IMG/VR virus record: IMGVR_UViG_3300005259_000021
Coordinates: 1 to 30,482 of that record
DNA: 30,482 nt
Origin: a virus
Taxonomy: Duplodnaviria; Caudoviricetes
Strand: one strand, 5' to 3'
The position numbers and the translations under genes were made by a program. This document shows positions 1 to 7,975 of the stretch, piece after piece (within the stretch, counting starts at the first letter, position 1; each line of letters opens with the position of its first letter). The notes beneath the pieces are model-generated. The model saw nothing but the letters and a program-made list of their open reading frames with translations. It ran no database searches and was not told the origin of the DNA.

Positions 1-721
1 CGAATAGGAAGGACTTAATTATTCAATATTGCACCAGCAAAGAGGGTAAATAGGAATCCTCTAACTTCAATGTAATAGTTATTTGTTAGTAGTTTTGCGA
101 ATTTGTGTATATATTGGCATCCAAGGCGGCCTCCTCTCCGCCCTTCGCACCCAGGGCACAGTAGAAAGCCAAGACACTCGCCTCCTGGGCATCCTTGGGC
201 CTCGGGATTCCACTATTTATATAAAAATGAATCGCCACCAGTCACCGCAGGCACCACAGAAGACGCTCTAAAACCTCCTCTCGCAGTACTCCCGTCGTCG
301 CCTCTCAGCCTCCCGGAACTCGCCCAGAGCCATCCGGGCCTCTGGGGAGAGATCCGCCTCCGGCAACCTGTCCAAGGCGGAAAGGCGAATAGCCAGGAGA
401 CTGGGGCGCAGGAAAAGCCCCAGAGAGCAACCCAGGGCATCCGTGCACGCCGGTTTCCAGTGGAAGAATAATAAAAGAAAGGTAGATAAAAATGGATTAA
501 ATGATGCCTGGCGCATCCATTTCTCATTTTAGCACAAAAGGCCCTTCTGCAGTAGGCCAAAATTCCTTTAACCAATCAGGCCCTTCATCCTTTATCCTCT
601 TCCAAATTACTTTTACTGAGACTCCGTCACCACCGATTAGCCACCCTTTTTTATCATGAATGGAAGCCATGATTTTAAGCCTCCTGGATCATTAGCATTA
701 AATCAACTTGATCTTGCATAT

Positions 722-994
722 TCAAGCCCTCACCTTTCCGTTTCCTAAAAATATTACCTTCCAGCTTACTTGATCTGTGCTGTCGCTGGCCTCCATTAGT
801 TCAGCCTCTGGGATATTCGCCTCCCTGGCGTCCTTCAAGGTCACTTTTGCCAGCCGGGCCTCGGCGGAGAGCTCCACCTCCGGCCACATGTCCAGGGCCT
901 TGCACCTCTGCCTGGTCTTACCACTAACGATTAGAGTGAGATCCCGGACGGCCACAAAAATAAGGGATGAGGCCTTAAGCTGTAGCAGTTGCAC
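722..994 (-). CDS. Hypothetical protein, last gene of the leftward ardC-like operon
   Basis: GTG start preceded by GGAGGGGAGAGGG; overlaps the end of the upstream gene; no recognisable motif. Confidence 0.55.
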   Translation of the reverse strand: MQLLQLKASSLIFVAVRDLTLIVSGKTRQRCKALDMWPEVELSAEARLAKVTLKDAREANIPEAELMEASDSTDQVSWKVIFLGNGKVRA

Positions 995-1835
995 GCCCTC
1001 TCCCCTCCGGAAGCTTGCCGGTCATGACGTATTCCACAGCCTCGCGGGCCTGCTTACTGGCCTTCAAAACCCATTTAGGATTACTCTGCAAAGCCTTCAG
1101 CCAGGAGCCAATATATGCAGTGGAGTTTTGCAGGGTCTGGGATGTATCGAGGGCGGCAATCTGGCAGAGGAAGGCGGCGCCCATCTCGGCGGTGAGCTCC
1201 TCCTGGCTCCTCACATCCGTTCCCATGTGGTAGTCCCTGAGGGTTTCCCGACTAAGCCTCTCAGCTCCTCCCGTCCAATGTATCAGTTCGTGAAACGCCG
1301 CTGCATAATAATCTTCACTGCTGTCGAACTGATCAAGAGTAGGAAGATAAATCGTATCGCTTTGCGAGCAATAATAAGCCTTTTTGAGATCGGCCTCTAT
1401 GCGGGGACCTCTCCGCCGCAGTAACTCCTCAGCGCCGACGACCTGATGATTTTCCCTCTCCCCGGGAAGCTTCTTAGGCAAGCCCTTTGTCTGGCACCAG
1501 TTAAAGACGGTATAGTACTTGAGGAAGTTCAGAATTCTAAGGGAGACCTCGCCCTTTTCGTTCTGCTCCTCCTTTACTACGCGGTCAGCAAAGACAATTG
1601 GCCGGCCCTTCTCACCGGCCTTGATGGAGCCTCCCATCTTCTGAGCCTGGCGGAATGTGACCCAGTAAGGGCTCTCGTAATTCGACTGCAAGAGGAGGGT
1701 ATTGATCCCTTGATACTCCTTGTTTGTAACATAGGATGTAGGCCAGCAGTCCTGCCAGGGACGACGCCAGGGAACTATTCCCTGGCCAAGCTGCTTTAGT
1801 ATCTGGCCGGTCACGACCTGGAAGACGTCCTTCAT
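975..1835 (-). CDS. ardC: ArdC-like ssDNA-binding antirestriction protein (DUF1738 N-terminal plus zincin-like metalloprotease domain)
   Basis: Motifs PWRRPW, YQGIN, WVTFRQA..GG.IKAGEKG, YYTVFN, HELIHWTG (HExxH), EELTAEMGAAFLC and YIGSWL are typical of ArdC. Confidence 0.9.
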   Translation of the reverse strand: MKDVFQVVTGQILKQLGQGIVPWRRPWQDCWPTSYVTNKEYQGINTLLLQSNYESPYWVTFRQAQKMGGSIKAGEKGRPIVFADRVVKEEQNEKGEVSLRILNFLKYYTVFNWCQTKGLPKKLPGERENHQVVGAEELLRRRGPRIEADLKKAYYCSQSDTIYLPTLDQFDSSEDYYAAAFHELIHWTGGAERLSRETLRDYHMGTDVRSQEELTAEMGAAFLCQIAALDTSQTLQNSTAYIGSWLKALQSNPKWVLKASKQAREAVEYVMTGKLPEGRGRATATA

Positions 1836-1975
1836 CTGGCCTGCCTCCCGGAATGGTCATCATATCCCAGGGTCTGCAACTCACCCAGGATGAGATAAGA
1901 TAACGTGGTAGCTATTCTCTCCTGTTCGGAAAGAGGAAGCTTGAGGGCCTCCTCAAGAACCTCATCAGGGCTCAT
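1832..1975 (-). CDS. Small protein (47 aa, MSPDEVLEEALKLPLSEQERI...), resembling a putative addiction-module component
   Basis: ATG at 1975 with AAGGTGG upstream; ATGA overlaps at both ends; LKLPLSEQERI pattern. Confidence 0.55.
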   Translation of the reverse strand: MSPDEVLEEALKLPLSEQERIATTLSYLILGELQTLGYDDHSGRQAR

Positions 1976-2133
1976 AGCTTCCACCTTCTGATTATCTCCC
2001 GGTGCCGGGGGGCTTGAATCCAGGAACGCCACCAGGAGTTAAGAGCGACAAAGGCCACAGTAACGAAAAGCAGGCCAAAAAAGAGGAGATTGGCATCTAC
2101 CGGCCAGGCAGAGGTATCAACTACATTCTGCAT
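1972..2133 (-). CDS. Small single-TM protein (53 aa, MQNVVDTSAWPVDANLLFFGLLFVTVAFVALNSWW...), absent from the ORF track
   Basis: Translated by hand; starts just after the upstream stop and ends in an ATGA overlap with the next gene; one hydrophobic stretch. Confidence 0.6.
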   Translation of the reverse strand: MQNVVDTSAWPVDANLLFFGLLFVTVAFVALNSWWRSWIQAPRHREIIRRWKL

Positions 2134-2135
2134 TT

Positions 2136-2879
2136 TCAATACCCCAGGCTGATGCAGTAGCGGTGCTCTTCCCGCTCAAGGTCCTTGTATTCCCGGCAGT
2201 CCCACTGGCCAGCATCTCCCAGGGCCTTCAGCCGGGACTGTATTGCTTCCAGCCTGCGGGCCGACCTGCAGAAAGCTTTGTAGTCCATGGGCTGAAACTC
2301 ATGCACCCGATGGGCGGCGTAATCGTTCTGCAGGTATTCTTGGTAATCTTTGACCCTCTTGGAATTGGCCAAAACCGGGACGGATTCGGGCTTTCTCCTG
2401 CCGGACTTTGGCTTTGGGGTGGAGGCCTTCATTGGGTGGCTTTCCGGGCGGCGTTCTGAGCCGTTCCCGTCTTCTTGCTGGGCGACGAGTTCGGGGAAAG
2501 CGGCTTTGAAGTGCCTGCACTTTCCGCGGTAGAGATAGCCTTTGCAGGTGCAACCATTTGGAGTCACTCGATAATAGAACTGGCCTGTAGAGGAGAGCAC
2601 CAGGGCAATTTGCTCGTAAGGGGTCTCAGGCATCTTTACCATATCGGGCTTGGCCACTGTGGCCCGGCCGGTCATGATCTCGACCAGGGCTTGCACAAAG
2701 CGGACCTCAAACATTCCTTCACTGGCTGCGGGCGGCAGTGGCATCTTTGCCTTTATCCTCTCGGCTTCGGCCTGGGCACCGGCTGCCATCCGATCTGCTA
2801 CCTGCCTCATTCTCTGCTGCTCGGCAAGCATCTCGTCAACGAGCCAGCTTGCGGGTGTTGCTTTTGTTTCAGTTGCCAT
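2136..2879 (-). CDS. SWIM-type zinc-finger protein
   Basis: CTCKGYLYRGKCRH is a CxC-xn-CxH motif; start MATETK follows a GGAGGT RBS. Confidence 0.75.
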   Translation of the reverse strand: MATETKATPASWLVDEMLAEQQRMRQVADRMAAGAQAEAERIKAKMPLPPAASEGMFEVRFVQALVEIMTGRATVAKPDMVKMPETPYEQIALVLSSTGQFYYRVTPNGCTCKGYLYRGKCRHFKAAFPELVAQQEDGNGSERRPESHPMKASTPKPKSGRRKPESVPVLANSKRVKDYQEYLQNDYAAHRVHEFQPMDYKAFCRSARRLEAIQSRLKALGDAGQWDCREYKDLEREEHRYCISLGY

Positions 2880-2934
2880 TTTTCGAACCTCCCAAAAGTT
2901 CTTAGTATATACCCTATTTTTGGGCTTATAAGTA

Positions 2935-2966
2935 TTGCGCTTGCGCAAACGCTTGCGCAAGCGCAA
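2935..2966. promoter_or_regulatory. Near-palindromic 32-bp operator of TTGCGC/GCGCAA hexamers beside the TATA-like box of the leftward operon
   Basis: ttgcgcttgcgcaaacgcttgcgcaagcgcaa, adjacent to CTTATAAG; the same hexamer occurs at 3654-3677. Confidence 0.65.
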
Positions 2967-3219
2967 ATATCTAGTTTAGGGCCTGAAAGGCAGCCAAGCG
3001 GCAATATTGCGCGACGAAGACAGCACTAAAATCGATATCAATAGACACTATAAACAGAACAAAGAAGACCAACAGAGATAACGCAAAATGGCTCGCTTGG
3101 AACGGTCAGCCCTTAAAAGTTATATGTCATTTTTAGAAATATCTACAAAAATGTCATAGAATAAAGTCCAGCTCAGGGCAGACCCCGCCCGGCCATCTCG
3201 CCCGTCCGTCTAGGTCAGT

Positions 3220-3253
3220 AAACCCCCCGGAATGTGGGGGGTCCGGGGGGTTT
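3220..3253. repeat. Perfect 12-bp stem hairpin
   Basis: aaaccccccgga-N10-tccggggggttt. Confidence 0.8.
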
Positions 3254-3254
3254 G

Positions 3255-3630
3255 CGTTAATTCCCACAGCGACGAGCACGGACCCCCACGGGTTGGGGTC
3301 CGCGCGCAGGAGCGTGCCTACTCGCATGCCCGGATCAACCGAAGAGAGGAAGCCGTACAGGAAAGCTCATGCCCCCTGATTACTGACAGAGGCCCTGTGC
3401 CCCCTGGACTCTCGACCGAAAAGCTCCCGCCCCGGAATTTCCGCCGCATGAAAGGTCCCCCGTGTATGGGGTTAGAGGAAGCCCGCACGGCGCTTGAGTG
3501 CGCCCCCACCCCTTCCGCGCGTTTTATCGCGCGCGGCACCCCATAAGAAGAAGCTCAAGCAGCAGAATTTTGGGGGAGAGGCCCCAACTGGCCCTGGAGA
3601 GGGCCATCCAGGCCCTCCTCCTAACAGTCC
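3255..3630 (+). repeat. Long structured direct repeat, copy 1
   Basis: Colinear with 4570-4914; shared blocks include aattcccacagcgacgagcacggaccccca, catgccccctgattactgacaga and agaagaagctcaagcagcagaattttgggggagaggcccca. Confidence 0.9.
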
Positions 3631-3640
3631 CGCAATCTCC

Positions 3641-3676
3641 GAAAAGTATTTATGCGCAAGCGCTAACGCAAGCGCA
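3641..3676 (+). promoter_or_regulatory. BRE/TATA promoter with four RCGCWA hexamers running into a leaderless ATG
   Basis: gaaaag tatttat gcgcaa gcgcta acgcaa gcgca-ATG. Confidence 0.65.
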
Positions 3677-3880
3677 ATGCCAGAAAAAAGGGATAAAGTG
3701 ATCGACCGGATCAACGCCCCGGTCCTTGCCACCGCCAAGCATGTCCTGAATGAGTTTCAGGAAAAAGGAAACTACAGCTCCCAGAGCGATGCACTCAGCG
3801 ACCTGCTGCTGGATTACGGAAGGCTCCAGGAGAGGGTAAAGGAGCTTGAAGCCCAACAGGCCGAAGCGAAAAAGAGTTAA
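3677..3880 (+). CDS. RHH-like DNA-binding protein with coiled-coil tail, paralog 1
   Basis: 67 aa; strand-helix-SQSDAL-helix pattern; 45/57 identical to 6916-7113 over the aligned part. Confidence 0.7.
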   Translation: MPEKRDKVIDRINAPVLATAKHVLNEFQEKGNYSSQSDALSDLLLDYGRLQERVKELEAQQAEAKKS

Positions 3881-3913
3881 TCTGCGCAGAGTATAAACTT
3901 ATTTGAGATATCG

Positions 3914-4234
3914 GTGGTGGAGCCAATTAGCCTCATCGATGAAATCAAAATGATGATCTCCAGACGAGATTATCACCTCACGTTTCACGCCCGCGCCAGG
4001 ATGTTTGAGCGGCACATTTCCAACCGAGACCTGGTAGACTTAATAATGAACGGAGAGGTAATAGAAGAATATCCTGACAGGGAGCCCTGTCCTGCCGTCC
4101 TCATACTGGGATTCGTGTCGGGTCGTCAGTGCCATGCAGTTGTGGCCTGCTGCATGGATCACCTGCGGATCATCACAGTATACTGGCCAGATGAAGAGAG
4201 ATGGATAAATCACTGCCTGAGGAAGAACGAATGA
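3914..4234 (+). CDS. DUF4258-family putative toxin
   Basis: Motifs TFHARARMFERHI, GEVIEEYPD and IITVYWPD...W; coupled to a YgiT-type gene. Confidence 0.85.
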   Translation: MVEPISLIDEIKMMISRRDYHLTFHARARMFERHISNRDLVDLIMNGEVIEEYPDREPCPAVLILGFVSGRQCHAVVACCMDHLRIITVYWPDEERWINHCLRKNE

Positions 4235-4476
4235 TACCGGATACTTGCAGTTTTTGCAAGGGCAAGCTGCACGAAGGCAAAAAGGAATTCGTTGTTAAAG
4301 TAAAGAATGAAGTAGTGGTCATCAAAGATGTTCCTGCCCTTGTATGTGACTGCTGCGATGAAGCGTATATCACTCCTGAGATCTCCGAAAAAATAGATGA
4401 AATCATGGAGGAGTTTTATGCTGGAAAGCTCCTGGCAAAACCTTTAGCTGCTGGAGAAGTGGCATTGAAAGCATGA
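4231..4476 (+). CDS. YgiT-type (MqsA-like) zinc-finger putative antitoxin
   Basis: CSFCKG...VVIKDVPALVCDCCDEAY; ATGA overlap with the DUF4258 gene. Confidence 0.85.
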   Translation: MIPDTCSFCKGKLHEGKKEFVVKVKNEVVVIKDVPALVCDCCDEAYITPEISEKIDEIMEEFYAGKLLAKPLAAGEVALKA

Positions 4477-4569
4477 CCTGATTCAAAAGACGACGCAGCT
4501 CTCACGCAAGCGTGAGAAGACCGTATTCTGACGGCAAAGACCCGTCCAAGCTCATTATCCCAGGTTTTA

Positions 4570-4914
4570 CGTCAATTCCCACAGCGACGAGCACGGACCC
4601 CCACTGGTTGGGGTCCACGCGCAGGAGCGTGCCAACTCGCATGCCATGATCAACCTGAAAGGCAGAAAGTACAGGAAATCTCATGCCCCCTGATTACTGA
4701 CAGAAGCCCTGTGCCCCCTGGACTCAAGGCCGAGAACTCCTGCCCCGGATGCATCATCGAGTCCAAGCCTTCCCGGCGTTGAGGGAGCCCCAACCCTCCC
4801 GCGCGTTTTACCGCGCTCGGCACTCCAGAAGAAGAAGCTCAAGCAGCAGAATTTTGGGGGAGAGGCCCCATTCGGCCCTCTCCAGGGCCTGCCAGGATCT
4901 CCTCCAAAAAGTCC
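4570..4914 (+). repeat. Long structured direct repeat, copy 2
   Basis: Colinear with 3255-3630 apart from an internal gap of about 30 bp. Confidence 0.9.
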
Positions 4915-5010
4915 ATGCAGTTCTACATGAACGGATTAGACAGATCCAATTATAGGCGCGCCATAGGCGAGTAACTGCCAGCATAAGAGTGGCGAACGGT
5001 CAAAGCGATA

Positions 5011-5637
5011 TCATAAAGAGATGTCCAGCCCATCATGCCCAGGGAGCACTTTTGATTTTTTGGTAACACAAAATTTAACAGGTGTTTTAGTTTCATCAAC
5101 TTTTATAAACCCGATATCCCTTATCATGGCTGTCTTCTCCACGATGCTACCTTTCATTTTTTGGTCGCAACCAAAAGTAATCTGCAACACCCTCTTGCGA
5201 TTAGGCTCTGCGCTATTCATTGGAAATGCATCTTTCGTCCAATCAAGATTTTCTAGGGAAATGCGGATCAGGTCCGAGTCCGAGAACCAGTTAGGACCAG
5301 CTGATACCTCAGTCCAATTTGTAGAATTATGTGCGCCAGTTGATGTAAGATTTATAGCTACATCTTCTAACCTAACCTTGAGTTTCGTCTCATCATTCTC
5401 CTTACCTTGGTTTTTTATATTAAATTCTAAAAACTTGTATTTGGATAAATCTTCTGGACTCCAATTAGGGTTGATGGCGACACAAGCTGCCCACCAACCA
5501 CCTTCTACATGCTTCCATTTCATGGCTAAAACAACTTTGTTATTAAGATAAAAAAACGGGATACGTCCTCGAGGGGCACTCTGAACAGGGTCATACACAA
5601 TTATATTGGAAATTTTATCCCCGTTACCTGCACCCAT
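5011..5637 (-). CDS. Carbohydrate-binding-like (CBM11/galactose-binding-like) domain protein
   Basis: GGWW...DLSKYKFLEFNIK...LKVRLED...IRISL...MIRDIGF pattern; AT-rich; in frame with the upstream ORF. Confidence 0.55.
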   Translation of the reverse strand: MGAGNGDKISNIIVYDPVQSAPRGRIPFFYLNNKVVLAMKWKHVEGGWWAACVAINPNWSPEDLSKYKFLEFNIKNQGKENDETKLKVRLEDVAINLTSTGAHNSTNWTEVSAGPNWFSDSDLIRISLENLDWTKDAFPMNSAEPNRKRVLQITFGCDQKMKGSIVEKTAMIRDIGFIKVDETKTPVKFCVTKKSKVLPGHDGLDISL

Positions 5638-5871
5638 CTACGAGGAAATCACAAAATTTTGTTTGCTAAGTGATATAAAAAGAACAGATAGGAGAAAAAT
5701 TAAAACCAAGAACATAAAAAAAGGAGGTTTAAATTTCAATTTATCAGTACTAAATACAATTATAGTAATTATTATACTCAAAATATTTAAAAATCCCACT
5801 AACTTGCTAAATGTCGGCCGCAATTCATAGTAGGCCTCATATACATATACTTTATCTAGCGGCTTTATCAT
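5638..5871 (-). CDS. Small two-TM membrane protein, possibly the N-terminus of 5011-5637
   Basis: Two hydrophobic helices; its TAG is followed directly by an in-frame ATG. Confidence 0.6.
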   Translation of the reverse strand: MIKPLDKVYVYEAYYELRPTFSKLVGFLNILSIIITIIVFSTDKLKFKPPFFMFLVLIFLLSVLFISLSKQNFVISS

Positions 5872-5886
5872 TAAATATCACCCGTT

Positions 5887-6290
5887 TTAAGTTAAGCGGG
5901 TAGTGTGCCTTGTCTGCTGTAATTCGCAATGGCCCTGTATCCTGATTCTACTCACTCTTCTAAGGATAAATACCTATTACCCGTTACCCAATCCTCAAGG
6001 GTCCTGCTTGAATTTGTTTTTGGGCTTCAAGCTGCAATACCTCATTCCGATAACCGGCAGTTAATTTCCTCATTCCCTCTTTTGGATCGACAAGATAATC
6101 TTCTGCTAAATCGCTCATACTCATGGCTCTGTGTCCTTCCTTAAGTTTCGACGACTTGGGGATACAGGGCTAATTATTAAATCTTGTGAAGAAATAACTT
6201 GCTGTTATCTCGTTCACAGCACGTCGGCTCTTGACGCGGGATTTAGCTGAGATTTTACAGCAAGGCGGGCACACTACCTGTTGCACTTGA
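5887..6290. mobile_element. Possible MITE or IS remnant, or invertible segment, bounded by imperfect inverted repeats
   Basis: 5887-5922 versus the reverse complement of 6255-6290: 26/36 identical, core GGTAGTGTGCC-N5-TGCTGTAA. No TSD and no transposase seen. Confidence 0.4.
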
Positions 6291-6378
6291 GATCTTTTTT
6301 TATTGAATTTGAAATTATCTCAATCGCCGAAATGCATATCTACATTAAGAACATAGGTTCTTTTTGATGCTTGCAGTT

Positions 6379-6862
6379 GTGGCCTAGTAAAACCAATATC
6401 AAACGACCGTATAAAATGTCGCACCACCAAAAGATGCAACAGAAGACTAGCACCCATGAGGTGATGGAATGGCGGAATCAAAAAAGTATAAGTATGTCCT
6501 TTTCGACAAAAACGATGAGTATAATGCACTATACACAGTCTCAAAACCAGAAGAGATCAACGATATGGACGCTGCGGTCGGATATATCCGGGATTATAGT
6601 AATTTGAAAGACATCAATGATTTTATCAGTGTTGATATAAGTGATGATAATGCAAAGATCTACGTAAAATTACCATATATTCCGAAAATATATGTATATA
6701 AGGTGATTAGAAAGACAATTCCCCCAAAAAATCAAGATTCGTGGTAAAGTATAAATATATCACATTATTTTATCCTGTTGAATCTTGAAGTGGCAGTCTG
6801 GTAAAACCAGTATCAAACTGCCTTTTAATATTTCGTACCACCACAAGATGTAGCAGAACACT
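6379..6862 (+). repeat. Pair of ~70-bp imperfect direct repeats (6379-6448 and 6790-6862) flanking one gene
   Basis: gtaaaaccaatatcaaac...caccaccaaaagatgcaacagaagact versus gtaaaaccagtatcaaac...taccaccacaagatgtagcagaacact. Confidence 0.8.
6469..6747 (+). CDS. Hypothetical protein (92 aa, AT-rich)
   Basis: GAGGTGA RBS before the ATG; no recognisable motif. Confidence 0.7.
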   Translation: MAESKKYKYVLFDKNDEYNALYTVSKPEEINDMDAAVGYIRDYSNLKDINDFISVDISDDNAKIYVKLPYIPKIYVYKVIRKTIPPKNQDSW

Positions 6863-6875
6863 GTTTCGTAAAGCT

Positions 6876-6915
6876 GCAAAAGCTTTAAATGTAAGCTACG
6901 CTTACGCTTACGCTT
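6876..6915 (+). promoter_or_regulatory. BRE/TATA promoter with three tandem ACGCTT hexamers before a leaderless ATG
   Basis: gcaaaagc tttaaat gtaagct acgctt acgctt acgctt ATG. Confidence 0.65.
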
Positions 6916-7113
6916 ATGCCAAGAGAGAGTATGATAGCCCGCATAAATGTAACTGTGCTAGATGCTGCCAAGAAGATCTTGAACGAGTTTCAAGAAAAAG
7001 GAGACTACGCGTCTCAAGGTGACGCTCTCACCGACCTTCTTTTGGATTACGGAAGGCTCCAGGAAAGAGTAAAGGAGCTTGAGGCCCAACTGGCCGAAGC
7101 AAAGAAGGAGTAA
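6916..7113 (+). CDS. RHH-like DNA-binding protein, paralog 2
   Basis: Close paralog of 3677-3880; heads a rightward operon. Confidence 0.7.
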   Translation: MPRESMIARINVTVLDAAKKILNEFQEKGDYASQGDALTDLLLDYGRLQERVKELEAQLAEAKKE

Positions 7114-7158
7114 CTCCATCAGTTAATGCCTTAAAATCGCAGAAAACCAGATTGCAGG

Positions 7159-7359
7159 ATGAAAATGCCCAAGCCAAATAGCGCTTATGTCCCCTGTCTC
7201 TACTGCCGGAGAGGCCCGAAAGGTGACGACCCGGACCCCTGTTCCGGTGTGCGTCACATCCGGTCCTTGCAGGCTTGCGGCTGCTTCCTGGGAGAGGTCA
7301 TGCCTGGCAAGGAAGCGCTCCATGCCAAATTCACCAAGACCCTGGAGGTGAAAGCCTGA
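7159..7359 (+). CDS. Small Cys-rich protein
   Basis: CLYC...C...CGC; its 3' end contains the RBS of the next gene. Confidence 0.6.
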   Translation: MKMPKPNSAYVPCLYCRRGPKGDDPDPCSGVRHIRSLQACGCFLGEVMPGKEALHAKFTKTLEVKA

Positions 7360-7622
7360 AGATCGAGCGCAAGGACGATCCCCAGACCCAGGAGCATGTG
7401 ATTACCATCACCCTGACCCGTGAAGAGATGCTTCGGGCCAGCGACGAGATGACCCCCGATGAAAAGCAGACCGCTTATCTCATGAGCCAGAGCCCATTGC
7501 TCTCCACCCAGCTCTGCTCCCTGTTCGAGATGGCATCTGCCCTTGAGAAGGCCGCTGCCAAGGCGGCCATGAGCCCGGACGCCCTGGTGAATGATGATGA
7601 GGATTATCTGGATGACCTCTGA
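7356..7622 (+). CDS. Hypothetical protein with probable CTG start
   Basis: GGAGGTG-N5-CTG; CTGA overlap with the upstream stop; acidic C-terminus. Confidence 0.6.
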   Translation: MKIERKDDPQTQEHVITITLTREEMLRASDEMTPDEKQTAYLMSQSPLLSTQLCSLFEMASALEKAAAKAAMSPDALVNDDEDYLDDL

Positions 7623-7951
7623 GTCTCGCTGCCGGAGCAGGGAGCACTGAGAAGATACAGGCCTTCTTTGTGAACAGCGATCTGGAAGATGGGATGTACG
7701 GCCCCTACACCGATAGAGTCCTGGGGGAGAGGGTCCTCAAGATCGTTCGCATGGCCATAGACGAGGAAGCTGAACTGCAAGTTGCAGAGGCGGACGTGTT
7801 CGGCGAGCAACTCCAGAGCGGCCTTTTGCCCTTCAAAGTTTGCGTGGTTGTGCAACAGGGCAAGGTGCAGGATGTGGAGGTCTCGCTCTGCTGGCCTCCC
7901 GTCCCGGAGGGAATTCTGGTCGAGCGGGAGGACTACAGGCGTGGGGTATAG
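7619..7951 (+). CDS. Hypothetical protein with probable CTG start; may be truncated by a TAG and the tnpB insertion
   Basis: The frame is open from CTG 7619 (CTGA overlap) to TAG 7949-7951; the ORF track starts it at GTG 7670. Confidence 0.5.
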   Translation: MSLAAGAGSTEKIQAFFVNSDLEDGMYGPYTDRVLGERVLKIVRMAIDEEAELQVAEADVFGEQLQSGLLPFKVCVVVQQGKVQDVEVSLCWPPVPEGILVEREDYRRGV

Positions 7952-7975
7952 GGGCAGAGAGAGCAACGGTCTTTA

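Noticed and set aside
1-700. Short ORFs, and a possible att site or tRNA at the left edge
   Set aside because: ORFs are overlapping and not protein-like. No tRNA cloverleaf or att duplication was found; only a small hairpin (ctgggg..ccccag, 401-423) and AT-rich tracts.
777-3029. Long plus-strand ORFs (777-1424, 2475-3029) and similar antisense ORFs across the structural operon
   Set aside because: They are shadows of well-supported minus-strand genes and have no motifs.
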